The notes: a model not told the origin generated them from the sequence alone. A DNA stretch of 24,000 nt from an uncultured archaeon (GCA_964430885.1 CAYSHM010000029.1:1-24000), one strand, 5' to 3'; numbered from the stretch's first letter, positions 15,351 to 23,839 are shown. Program-made: numbers and translations.

Positions 15351-15848
15351 ATGACAAAAGCATTGATCCTTTTCGCTACAAAATACGGCAACACCCAGGA
15401 GATCGCTGAGAAGTTGGCAATGGAGCTGGGTGTGCAGTATATGAATATCCTCAATATTAAAGACAAGTCAGAACTTGAACCCTACGACACATTGATCATC
15501 GGGACTCCCATCTATAATGATGATATCTATGATGACATGAGGTATTTCATTAATACATTCAAAGAGGAAATTACCGGGAAAAGCCTGATCCTCTATACTG
15601 TCCACGGTGCGGTAAAGGGATTTCTGGACACCAACTATACCAATAAATTCGCGAAATATTTCATCAATGAACCAATTTTACTATTCGGCCTGTGGGGACG
15701 GGCAACAATTTCCATGTTATCGGAGAAGGATCTTAAAATGCTGAAGAACTTCTATAGATTCAGACTCGGTGCAGAGTTTGAGGATTTCGACCATACATAT
15801 CTGAACAACCTGGAAAAGGTAGCACGAACAATTAAACAAGTCCTATAA
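15351..15848 (+). CDS. flavodoxin-like domain protein
   Basis: The N-terminal KALILFATKYGNTQEIAEKLA (FMN phosphate loop T-x-x-G-N-T) and DTLIIGTPIY are typical of short flavodoxin-family or HemG-like proteins. A TATA-like TAGTTTAATATAATATTTT lies about 30 nt upstream. Confidence 0.75.
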   Translation: MTKALILFATKYGNTQEIAEKLAMELGVQYMNILNIKDKSELEPYDTLIIGTPIYNDDIYDDMRYFINTFKEEITGKSLILYTVHGAVKGFLDTNYTNKFAKYFINEPILLFGLWGRATISMLSEKDLKMLKNFYRFRLGAEFEDFDHTYLNNLEKVARTIKQVL

Positions 15849-15878
15849 GCGGTGTGTTCAAACTCCTTCACGCCGATG

Positions 15879-15900
15879 AAATACACTGAGGGTGTATTTT
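15879..15900. terminator. hairpin plus T-run between convergent genes
   Basis: AAATACAC (15879..15886), TGAGG, then GTGTATTT (15892..15899) form an 8-bp stem that ends in TTTT. It lies between the flavodoxin stop (15848) and the PLD-protein stop (15905). Confidence 0.45.
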
Positions 15901-15904
15901 ATTC

Positions 15905-18718
15905 TCAGTTCTTCCCCCTTATTATTATTATTAATACTAGTATTATCAACAGAACAAGCGCTACTATAATCAGCCAAACCATCAATGAGAATGAAGACTT
16001 CTTTTCTTCAGTTTTTTTAGCGGACTGATTCTCCTCAATAGGTTCATTCTTAATATGGATCTCAATGCTGTGTTCGCCGATGTTATTTTCACCCTTAAAC
16101 AATCCGGCGATCAGACTATAGCTGCCGTTATGATATTGGGAAGTGTTCAATTGGCAGGTCCATGAGCTGCTGGGTGGGCCTAGATCGATCCATCCATATC
16201 CTTCAAGTCTAATACGGATAGACCAGTTCTCCTGATCAGTCGGGTATACCGCATTCCCGCTTATCTCAGCAATACCTTCCAGTGTAGAATTGGACACCGG
16301 ATACTTGATCAGTATGGAATTCTGGGGGGGACGCTTGATAACAGTGATGTTCACTTGTGCCGAAGCAGAGAGATTCCCGTCACTCACATGCAAAACTATT
16401 CCGTGCCGTCCCGGGGGCAGCACTGATTCGAAGAGCGGATCACCTGATAGGAATCCAGTGAGGTTGGAGGTCCAGTTGAACTGTATCGGCAAGCCTTCAG
16501 GGTCCAAACTTCCTGTTGCATTGAATAAGATAGTGTCATCATTATAGAACATTTCATCGTTATCCGGTGAGGAAATATCAATATATGGAGAAAGATCAAC
16601 ATGAGGTTCTTCGGGCGACCTTACCGTAACATTCACCCAATCCTTATCCACGCCACCTCTCCCATCGTTTACGGTGATCTCTAATCGGTAATAACCCGGT
16701 TGGCTAAAATTCATAATGAACCTGTCTTCATACCGGAGGGAACCATTGGGGAACTTCCAGATATATACAAGGGGATCTGAATCTGGATCATATGATGAAC
16801 TGCAGTCAAAAGTAACATTCTCCCCGATCAGAACATCTGCATCATCGGATACAACCGCTACTGGGACATGGTTCTCCCAATCCGACATGAACACTTTTTT
16901 AAAGAATCCGGCAACCTCTACATTATCAATTATCAGGGCAACCTCTCTGTTGTTAGTGATGGAATTGTGGTTCCAGTTTATGCTGGATACCAAGGAATAT
17001 CTGCCGTCAACTATCATACCTTTGTTGTGCGATTTGTTCAGGTTGGTCATTTCTGAATCAAATAGCTTTACTGTTAAATTCAGGTTCTCGGCCTCAGCGA
17101 TCTCCTGAAGATACTCAACGTCCGGCTCGTTGTCAGGTACTGTATTCTGGTCATAATCCGATGAATCCAGAAGTATCTTAACCTCACATCCCCTTCTGGC
17201 AGCATCAAGTAAGGATTCAATATAAGGGTTTGGACCTTTCTTTGCGTTCTCGTTCCACTCCCTGTCAAAATAGAATATCTCCGCCAAAACTTCCTCCTGG
17301 GCCGATTCCAGTAGATGGGTTACTCCCTGATCCTCAATAAGAGATGTATCCGGACTGATCACCGGAACGATATGAGTACTCTGTCCCGATGTATTGGAGT
17401 CGAAATGGAAATGCGGTCTGTAGTCGCCGTTGGGTGTGGACATATTTACTATAAAACCCTCTACTGGCCCGCCGAACTTGTAATGACCTGGAGTGAAGGG
17501 GAAAATATCAGGATAACTGCTGTTCCGGTCATTTTCAAATATACTGTTCAGGTATTCCGCCAAATCATGATCCTCCACCAGAACACCCCAACCCCTGTTT
17601 CCGGCTATGGAGTCGGTTGGTACTCCGGACTGTTTCCAGTTCTCCGTCATTACTACTGATCTATGATCATCGAATATAGCAAATTTGGAATGGAGAAAAT
17701 AATATCTATTGTGGATATGCTTATTCTCATCGTTTATCATAAATCTGACATCAGCACCTCTCTCATAGAGTTCCTGACAGATAAATTTCTCCTGGTTAAC
17801 ATCGGGATTCTGGTCCCCTGTATTTTCCATATGCCAGGCAACCGGGCCGCCTTCCAGTAGAAGATTTACTTCAACACCTCGGTCAAGAGCTTCGAAAAGG
17901 TGTTGGGCAATATGAATGTTAATGAACTGGTAAAGAGATATATTGATGATCGAATCTGCTGAATCGATCTCCCTTGAAATTATATCAAAAGACCCGTCCG
18001 GCGACACGAAAGGAATTATCGCTCCATTCACAGTGAAATTTGAAGGCCGGATCTCCTTCTGGCCCATCCAATGGTTTCGGTAATGGGCCCAATCCTGTCT
18101 CGTATCAGTATCAACATAGGGACCTGATATTCCATCTTTGTTCCGGGTCAGTACCTCTCCCTGGCTTGGATCGGGTATTGAATCCCCGCTCCATCCGGTC
18201 AGGGAGGGTGGGTCCTCACCCCAAGCAAGGGCATCGATGATATTATTGCCATTATCCAGAAGCTGAAGTTCGTCCTTTTCATTGGCCATTTTGAAAGTAT
18301 TATGCATCCCCGTGTCCGGAACGTCAATGGTTGTGTTAGCCCATTCAAGATCGGCACGGAATCCCATATCTTCATAAAAAGCTGTGGCGTTGCCCGTGAC
18401 ATAGAATGTCTGACCTGGTTCGATAAATGTGGACCCAGGAAAAATGATCCATCCCTCTCCGTCGTCTATCTTCCAGACCGACATGTCAACCGTAGTATTA
18501 CCCTGATTGTAGAGGGACACAAATTCATCAGGCTCGTACACATCTGATTCGGGTCTGACGGTGTTGGGGTATACTTCCACCATGAGAATATCCCCATTCC
18601 CTCGGGAGATTGTAGGGGGAACGGTGTTTCCACTTAGGGACATTGTTGAAAAGGTAGATATTAAAAATAACAACACTAGCAAGACTGCTGATAAAGTGCG
18701 GGTGTTCTTCGATTTCAT
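15905..18718 (-). CDS. surface-anchored multidomain protein: signal peptide, lamin-tail domain (LTD), two PLD-type HKD domains, PKD/Ig-like repeats, C-terminal TM anchor
   Basis: 937 aa. The LTD is MVEVYPN...DEFVSLYNQGNTTVDMSVWKIDDGEG. HKD motif 1 is LHSKFAIFDDHRSVVMTEN and HKD motif 2 is SHNKGMIVDGRYSLVSSIN. PKD-like blocks are VTFDCSSSYDPDSDPLVYIWKF and FNATGSLDPEGLPIQFNWT. The C-terminal anchor is LMVWLIIVALVLLIILVLIIIIRGKN. There are about two dozen N-x-S/T sequons. Confidence 0.85.
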   Translation of the reverse strand: MKSKNTRTLSAVLLVLLFLISTFSTMSLSGNTVPPTISRGNGDILMVEVYPNTVRPESDVYEPDEFVSLYNQGNTTVDMSVWKIDDGEGWIIFPGSTFIEPGQTFYVTGNATAFYEDMGFRADLEWANTTIDVPDTGMHNTFKMANEKDELQLLDNGNNIIDALAWGEDPPSLTGWSGDSIPDPSQGEVLTRNKDGISGPYVDTDTRQDWAHYRNHWMGQKEIRPSNFTVNGAIIPFVSPDGSFDIISREIDSADSIINISLYQFINIHIAQHLFEALDRGVEVNLLLEGGPVAWHMENTGDQNPDVNQEKFICQELYERGADVRFMINDENKHIHNRYYFLHSKFAIFDDHRSVVMTENWKQSGVPTDSIAGNRGWGVLVEDHDLAEYLNSIFENDRNSSYPDIFPFTPGHYKFGGPVEGFIVNMSTPNGDYRPHFHFDSNTSGQSTHIVPVISPDTSLIEDQGVTHLLESAQEEVLAEIFYFDREWNENAKKGPNPYIESLLDAARRGCEVKILLDSSDYDQNTVPDNEPDVEYLQEIAEAENLNLTVKLFDSEMTNLNKSHNKGMIVDGRYSLVSSINWNHNSITNNREVALIIDNVEVAGFFKKVFMSDWENHVPVAVVSDDADVLIGENVTFDCSSSYDPDSDPLVYIWKFPNGSLRYEDRFIMNFSQPGYYRLEITVNDGRGGVDKDWVNVTVRSPEEPHVDLSPYIDISSPDNDEMFYNDDTILFNATGSLDPEGLPIQFNWTSNLTGFLSGDPLFESVLPPGRHGIVLHVSDGNLSASAQVNITVIKRPPQNSILIKYPVSNSTLEGIAEISGNAVYPTDQENWSIRIRLEGYGWIDLGPPSSSWTCQLNTSQYHNGSYSLIAGLFKGENNIGEHSIEIHIKNEPIEENQSAKKTEEKKSSFSLMVWLIIVALVLLIILVLIIIIRGKN

Positions 18719-18791
18719 AAATTAATATTAAGATTATTGATTTATATTGCTTGTTAATAAAAGTCGAAATGCGGATAATAAAAAGATCAGA

Positions 18792-19949
18792 TCACCGGAG
18801 ACATTTCCTGTATACTTCCACGGTCTTCTCACAAATCCCTCCCCAATCGAACTCGGCATTAATGCGTTTTTTGCCGACCTTACCCATCTTTTGTCCCATT
18901 TGCTTATCCCCGAGCATCTTCTCAAGGTATACCGCAAAATCCCTGTGGTCTATCTCCGAGCGGTAGCCGTCCAAGCCGTGATCGATATAACCCACTGCTT
19001 TGGTGGCCATTACAGGTTTCTCTACACTCCAGGCTTCCAAGGCGGTAATGCCAAAGGGCTCGTTCCTGCTGGGCATGGCATAAATATCGCATATATTGTA
19101 GACTTCGGTCTTCTCTTCATCAGAAACATATCCTAAAAATCGGCAGTCATCTGCGATACCAAGCTCTCTTGCGAGTATCTTGCAGCTCTCCAGCATGTCA
19201 CCCCAGCCAGCAAATACATAATCTGCCCTTTTACCATTCCTTTTAGCCAGCTCAGCAGCTCTCAAGAGGATATCCGGGCCCTTTTGCCAGGCGATCCGTC
19301 CTAGAAATAGCACCATATCCCTACCCTTGTGAAGGTTGTATCTGAACTTGCTTTTTATGGAATCCAGATCGTTCAAAACCTCCACCTCTGTAACACCATT
19401 TGGAATTGCAGTGACCTTTTCCATGGGGATCTCGTAGACCTTCTTCAGTTCATGTCTCATGTGCTCGGAGACCGTTATCAGCCCAGAGGATTCAAATCCG
19501 GCCATCCACTCGATATGGGCGATCTCCTTCCCCACAATGGAGGATGCCGTCTGGTTGCCTCCCCTGCCGTACTCAGTGCTGTGGAATGTCATGACAAAGG
19601 GTGTGCCTCTGTGGGTCTTCACATTGAGAAGAGCCCTTACGGGATGCCAGTCGTGAACGTGCAGAACATCGAATTTGCCGAATAAACGCTCGACTGCATA
19701 GAACCTATCGGCCATGGCGTTGCACATTGCATTCATCTCTCGGATGATGTCACCGGCGTAATCGAATGAAACCCTCTGATAATGTACTCCGTCGATCTTA
19801 TCGTAACTGCGCATCCAGCCGGACCGGGTGAAAACATGGACCTCATGGCCCATCTTTGCCAGTCCCTCTGCCAGTGAACTAACGTGAGGCGACACTCCTC
19901 CGACCGTTACTGAATGCATACTTTCCCAGGAAAAAAGACCTATTCTCAT
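18792..19949 (-). CDS. GT-B glycosyltransferase, GT4/GT5 glycogen-synthase-like
   Basis: MRIGLFSWESMHSVTVGGVSPHVSSLAEGLAKMGHEVHVFT, HVHDWH and FHSTEYGRGG resemble archaeal glycogen synthase N-domains. The C-domain has the EX7E motif (NEPFGITALEA). Confidence 0.8.
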   Translation of the reverse strand: MRIGLFSWESMHSVTVGGVSPHVSSLAEGLAKMGHEVHVFTRSGWMRSYDKIDGVHYQRVSFDYAGDIIREMNAMCNAMADRFYAVERLFGKFDVLHVHDWHPVRALLNVKTHRGTPFVMTFHSTEYGRGGNQTASSIVGKEIAHIEWMAGFESSGLITVSEHMRHELKKVYEIPMEKVTAIPNGVTEVEVLNDLDSIKSKFRYNLHKGRDMVLFLGRIAWQKGPDILLRAAELAKRNGKRADYVFAGWGDMLESCKILARELGIADDCRFLGYVSDEEKTEVYNICDIYAMPSRNEPFGITALEAWSVEKPVMATKAVGYIDHGLDGYRSEIDHRDFAVYLEKMLGDKQMGQKMGKVGKKRINAEFDWGGICEKTVEVYRKCLR

Positions 19950-20042
19950 GTGGAGGGTGAAGGTTCCGCATGTTATTATTTATTTACGCCTTAGGTTGAT
20001 TATTATGGTGTTTACCTCAAAAAATATTAGTTTATATCTCAG

Positions 20043-21293
20043 TTACTTAACAAAGATCACAATCCGATTTGTGTTTGTCCCTCTCTTCATATTGTCCACG
20101 CCCCAGATATTGGAGGTCTTTGTGAATTCCTGGGCGTTTATGACAATACAGGACGCTATGAAACCCGCATCAATACCAATGGGTACAATGTGTTCCTCTA
20201 GCTTCACCCTGCCCCCTTTTACCTCTCCAACCTCGAATGCCACACAACCTCCAGGTTTGGTAATTCTATACAGCTCGTTGAAGGTGTCCTGCATGAATCC
20301 GCACCATTCTTCCATATCCCTAATAACAGTTATTCTCCTCTGGATGATAGCGAGATCAATATTGTTGAACCAGCATCGGAGCCAGTTATCAGTGGGATAA
20401 TCCACAACATTGAGAAATGGGGGGGAAGTGACGGTAAGTGAGACTGAATTATCGGATATATCAGGAGTGTCGGTGGAATCGCAGGAAAGGAATCTAGCAC
20501 TACGCCCAGCCTTTGAAAGGGAGTCCACTATTTTTGGTGTAATATCCCTTGTCAAGCTTCGGGTTTTCTTGATTAATATTTTATGGATGTCGCGGTAATC
20601 AGGTTTCTGCTCTCTTTTTTGATTTAATCTTATTTGTCTCTCTGGCGTGACCGCTTGATTGGGGGGAAGGGTGTAAACGGAAAAGAATCCCGAAGAATGA
20701 CCCGTCAGCCTAGTTGTAGCCACCATCCTTATCCATCGATCAACATCATCCTCTTTTCCTGCCTCCCTTCGGCTGATCAGATAATCCCTCAATGCCATTA
20801 ACTCCTCAAGGGTCTTAGGATGATAGAACATAGATAGATCGATACCGGGTGAATTACGGGATGTTCTTCCTATGTCATCCAGCCTACCCTGAAGCTCCAT
20901 CAATGATGGAATGAAGAACCTTGCACGTGAAAGTATCTCCATTAGAGGATTGGAATCGTTCAGTATCACTTTTCTGCTTAAAAGGCCCGCCTCAACTCCA
21001 GTTGTACCCCTACCGGAAAAGGGATCATATACCGTATCGTCAGGTTTTGTGAATTTATTTATAAAGAAAGCTGGCAGCTGGGCTTTGAAACAGGCACGGT
21101 AAGGGACCTCATGTATCGAGTTGGCCTGACGCTGCCTTGATGTCCAGAACTCTCCTCGGAATATGGGTATGACATCACCCATTATCTTCTGAGCAGTTCT
21201 TTTGGGCCTTCCTGCTCCATTTATCAATTCAGTTTTCGCAATGGCTTCCAATATACTATCCTGCCTTTTCATACAAACCTTGACATGGTCCAT
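20043..21293 (-). CDS. DNA methyltransferase (N4-cytosine/N6-adenine family), SPPF-type, motif I upstream of motif IV
   Basis: The AdoMet motif DPFSGRGTT is encoded at 21000..21026. The catalytic TSPPF is encoded at 20415..20429, followed by EEW...LYRITKPGGCVAFEV. The 5-prime end is uncertain: GTG at 21335, ATG at 21293, or ATG at 21272. A T-run (ATATTTTTTGAGG on the minus strand) follows the stop. Confidence 0.85.
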   Translation of the reverse strand: MDHVKVCMKRQDSILEAIAKTELINGAGRPKRTAQKIMGDVIPIFRGEFWTSRQRQANSIHEVPYRACFKAQLPAFFINKFTKPDDTVYDPFSGRGTTGVEAGLLSRKVILNDSNPLMEILSRARFFIPSLMELQGRLDDIGRTSRNSPGIDLSMFYHPKTLEELMALRDYLISRREAGKEDDVDRWIRMVATTRLTGHSSGFFSVYTLPPNQAVTPERQIRLNQKREQKPDYRDIHKILIKKTRSLTRDITPKIVDSLSKAGRSARFLSCDSTDTPDISDNSVSLTVTSPPFLNVVDYPTDNWLRCWFNNIDLAIIQRRITVIRDMEEWCGFMQDTFNELYRITKPGGCVAFEVGEVKGGRVKLEEHIVPIGIDAGFIASCIVINAQEFTKTSNIWGVDNMKRGTNTNRIVIFVK

Positions 21294-21390
21294 TGAATCG
21301 AATCCATTTAAAATTAATGTACCAATTATGTACACCGAAGATGGCAGACCCCAAAATGTTCAAATAGATGTCATTTAATATTGCATCTTC

Positions 21391-22497
21391 ATGGATATCC
21401 CCAACTTCGAACTTTTAGACTGGCTTCTGGAAGGCAAAAAGCATATGAAATACAACCTTGCCAGCAGCGAGATCAAGGGAGTAGCTCTGGATGAACTAAA
21501 TGATTTTTCAGGACTTGAGATTCCCCGGGACTTCGATCTTGGAAAGAATGACCATTTTGGTCACGGCGAGCTGAAAAATGTACTTTCCAGCATCTACGGA
21601 TGCACACCTGAAAACATTGTCACCTCTACTGGCGGAAGCGAGGCGAATTTCCTGGTCTATCTATCACACGTGAAGAGCGGAGATCATGTGATAGTGGAAA
21701 GCCCGGGTTACGAACCCATGTGGAGGGTTCCAGAGATGCTGGGTTGCGAGAAAAGAACATGGAATCGAACTTTCCAAAGCGGATTCAAACTGAACCTCGA
21801 ATCCCTGGAAAAGTTGATGGATGAAAAAACATCTCTCGTTGTGATCACAAACTTGCATAATCCCAGCGGAGTATATGCATCACCTGAGGACATTGCAAAG
21901 GCTGCAGATATGGCAGGCTATTTCGGAGCAAAACTGCTCATTGATGAGATATTTCTGGAAGGATGCTTATCTCAGGCAACATCGTCTGCGGATATGAAAA
22001 ATGTGATTATTACATCCAGCATGACAAAGGTGTTCGGTCTGGGGGGTTTAAGGACCGGGTGGATCATCGCCTCCGAAGAAGTTTCACGAAAATGCCAGAA
22101 AGCCAAGGCAATGGTTAGCGGAACATCACCCTTTATTTCCGAATATGTCAACGCTACAGCTCTCCTCAAGGCTCGGGATTGGCTCATTCAGCGTTTCAAA
22201 GGTATTGCCAAGAGGAATATGGGTATCATCTCAAAATGGGTGGAGGAATGTAAACATCTGGAATGGGTTGAGCCAGCGGGTGGCATTTTTTGTTTCCCAA
22301 GATTGCTGAAGCCTTTGGACTCCCTTACATTATGTAAAAAGGCGCTTATTGACGGAGGGGTGCTGATATCACCAGGATCAATGTTCGGACTGGAAGGGCA
22401 TTTCCGCCTAACCTGCGTATTTGACGACCCTCCGGTATTAGAAAAGGGCCTTGAAGCTCTTGGAAATGTTCTGGATTCCTTTACACCTGACATTTGA
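21391..22497 (+). CDS. class I/II pyridoxal-phosphate-dependent aminotransferase
   Basis: 368 aa. GGSEANFL, ITNLHNPSG (the NPxNPTG-type motif) and SSMTKVFGLGGLRTGWI (the SxxK PLP lysine plus GxRxG) are present. Specificity cannot be determined by eye. Confidence 0.85.
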   Translation: MDIPNFELLDWLLEGKKHMKYNLASSEIKGVALDELNDFSGLEIPRDFDLGKNDHFGHGELKNVLSSIYGCTPENIVTSTGGSEANFLVYLSHVKSGDHVIVESPGYEPMWRVPEMLGCEKRTWNRTFQSGFKLNLESLEKLMDEKTSLVVITNLHNPSGVYASPEDIAKAADMAGYFGAKLLIDEIFLEGCLSQATSSADMKNVIITSSMTKVFGLGGLRTGWIIASEEVSRKCQKAKAMVSGTSPFISEYVNATALLKARDWLIQRFKGIAKRNMGIISKWVEECKHLEWVEPAGGIFCFPRLLKPLDSLTLCKKALIDGGVLISPGSMFGLEGHFRLTCVFDDPPVLEKGLEALGNVLDSFTPDI

Positions 22498-22536
22498 TTT
22501 GATCATTTATGCCGCAATCGAGTGAGGGTGGGAAAA

Positions 22537-23349
22537 ATGAAAAATAACCATCGAAAAAATGATGAAAACTTCTCTATTAGGTGTTTATTGATTTTCGTAT
22601 TATTTATTATGGCTTTATCATTTACAATTCCAGGTGTTATTGCCCACGGCCCGTCCAAAATCGCACTGGAGATTGATGACGAACTTAATCAACTCAAAGT
22701 TACCCTAGACCATAAGGTGGCAGATCCCTCTAAGCACTATATATATCAAATAGTTATTAGGAAAAACGGCAATGACTATCTTGACTTCAATTACACCATC
22801 CAACCTGACGATACTTCTTTTTACCACACATATGAGGTGAATGTAACTGAAGATGATGTCGTTAAAGTCACGGCCTACTGCAATGTCGGCGGAGAACTAT
22901 CCGCTTCTTTAGACCTATCTAAGGAAACTGCGGCACAAACAGAAAATCCCAAACTATGGCCCTATCATGCTGGTCTAATGGGTGCTGGGTTATTGTGCAT
23001 GCTCAGCGCGGTAATTATAGCAAAATTCCTGAAGGGCAAGAAAAAATGGTGGCTCAAGATCCATAAACCTCTCGGAACCTTTGGCGGTTTACTAAGCTTC
23101 GGTGGTCTTGTCATGGCTTACATCATGGTAGAAAAGGCAGGCGGCGACCACTTCTCAGTACCACACACCTACCTGGGTTCTCTTACCATGCTGGCAATTA
23201 TTCTAACGGCCATATTGGGAAATCTTCAATTTAAGGTCAAGAACAAGAAGTATATGGCGACACTGCACAGATGGATAGGCAGAATATGCTTGGCTCTTAT
23301 GCTGTTCACCATTTTAGGCGGACTGTTCGCTGCCGGTGTGATCAGATAG
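22537..23349 (+). CDS. exported metal-binding beta-sandwich domain (superoxide-reductase-like signature) fused to a 4-TM module with one His per helix (di-haem cytochrome-b-like)
   Basis: The ATG at 22537 is preceded by GAGGGTGG; the ORF-track start at 22522 is a GTG. The signal peptide ends in GVIA followed by HGPS. The ectodomain has AHGP, DHKVADPSKHYIYQIVI and AYCNVGGE. The four TM helices begin PYHAGL, KIHKPLG, PHTYLG and LHRWIG, and the cytoplasmic loops are Lys-rich (KGKKKWW, KVKNKK). Confidence 0.7.
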   Translation: MKNNHRKNDENFSIRCLLIFVLFIMALSFTIPGVIAHGPSKIALEIDDELNQLKVTLDHKVADPSKHYIYQIVIRKNGNDYLDFNYTIQPDDTSFYHTYEVNVTEDDVVKVTAYCNVGGELSASLDLSKETAAQTENPKLWPYHAGLMGAGLLCMLSAVIIAKFLKGKKKWWLKIHKPLGTFGGLLSFGGLVMAYIMVEKAGGDHFSVPHTYLGSLTMLAIILTAILGNLQFKVKNKKYMATLHRWIGRICLALMLFTILGGLFAAGVIR

Positions 23350-23445
23350 TTCTGATATGAATGCACATTTATTTCCCAGTAATTAATCCCATAGTTAGTT
23401 TAAAGGCATATGCCCTGCATCTGAAAAAAATCAGGAGACCGAAAT

Positions 23446-23661
23446 ATGGAAATACATAAATGGGAATCTTCAACCGGTATAATTATTGGGATAGATTATG
23501 ATAAATGTAAGGGGCATGAGGAATGCGTGGAGGTATGTCCTGTGGAAGTTTTCCAGATGAAGGAGGGGAAATCGATTGCCAATAATATTAACAAGTGCAT
23601 AGAATGCTGTGCATGCGTTATGGCCTGTCCTGCGGGAGCCATTGAGCACAGCTCTTGCTAG
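23446..23661 (+). CDS. small 2x[4Fe-4S]-type ferredoxin with a non-canonical first motif
   Basis: 71 aa. Motif 1 is CKGHEECVEVCP (C-x2-H-x2-C-x3-CP). Motif 2 is CIECCACVMACP, which is canonical. AGGAG lies about 8 nt upstream of the ATG. Confidence 0.85.
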   Translation: MEIHKWESSTGIIIGIDYDKCKGHEECVEVCPVEVFQMKEGKSIANNINKCIECCACVMACPAGAIEHSSC

Positions 23662-23839
23662 GTCTCAATAGTAGATAGCGGGTAGGGGTCATGATTAGAG
23701 GGGACGGGATCAAATTAATTTTCGTGTACAAAACGCTGACTCTGGAATTATAAATGCACTGAAGGACTATGGACACAAGATTGTATCACCCTCTACCTAT
23801 GAATGCAATCTCTGCTCTGTCACCTACGGAAACTTGGGT

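Noticed and set aside
19948-20400. A 150-aa plus-strand ORF beginning next to a GGAGGGTGA motif, which could be a small gene between the GT4 and the methyltransferase.
   Set aside because: About 360 of its 453 nt are antisense to the methyltransferase C-terminus, which contains conserved motifs. The product is hydrophobic and low-complexity. The GGAGG-like motif lies downstream of its ATG.
20043-22497. The methyltransferase as part of a restriction-modification or other defence island.
   Set aside because: No endonuclease, specificity subunit, ATPase/helicase or toxin-like ORF flanks it. Both neighbours are metabolic enzymes with their own promoters. It is reported only as an orphan methyltransferase.
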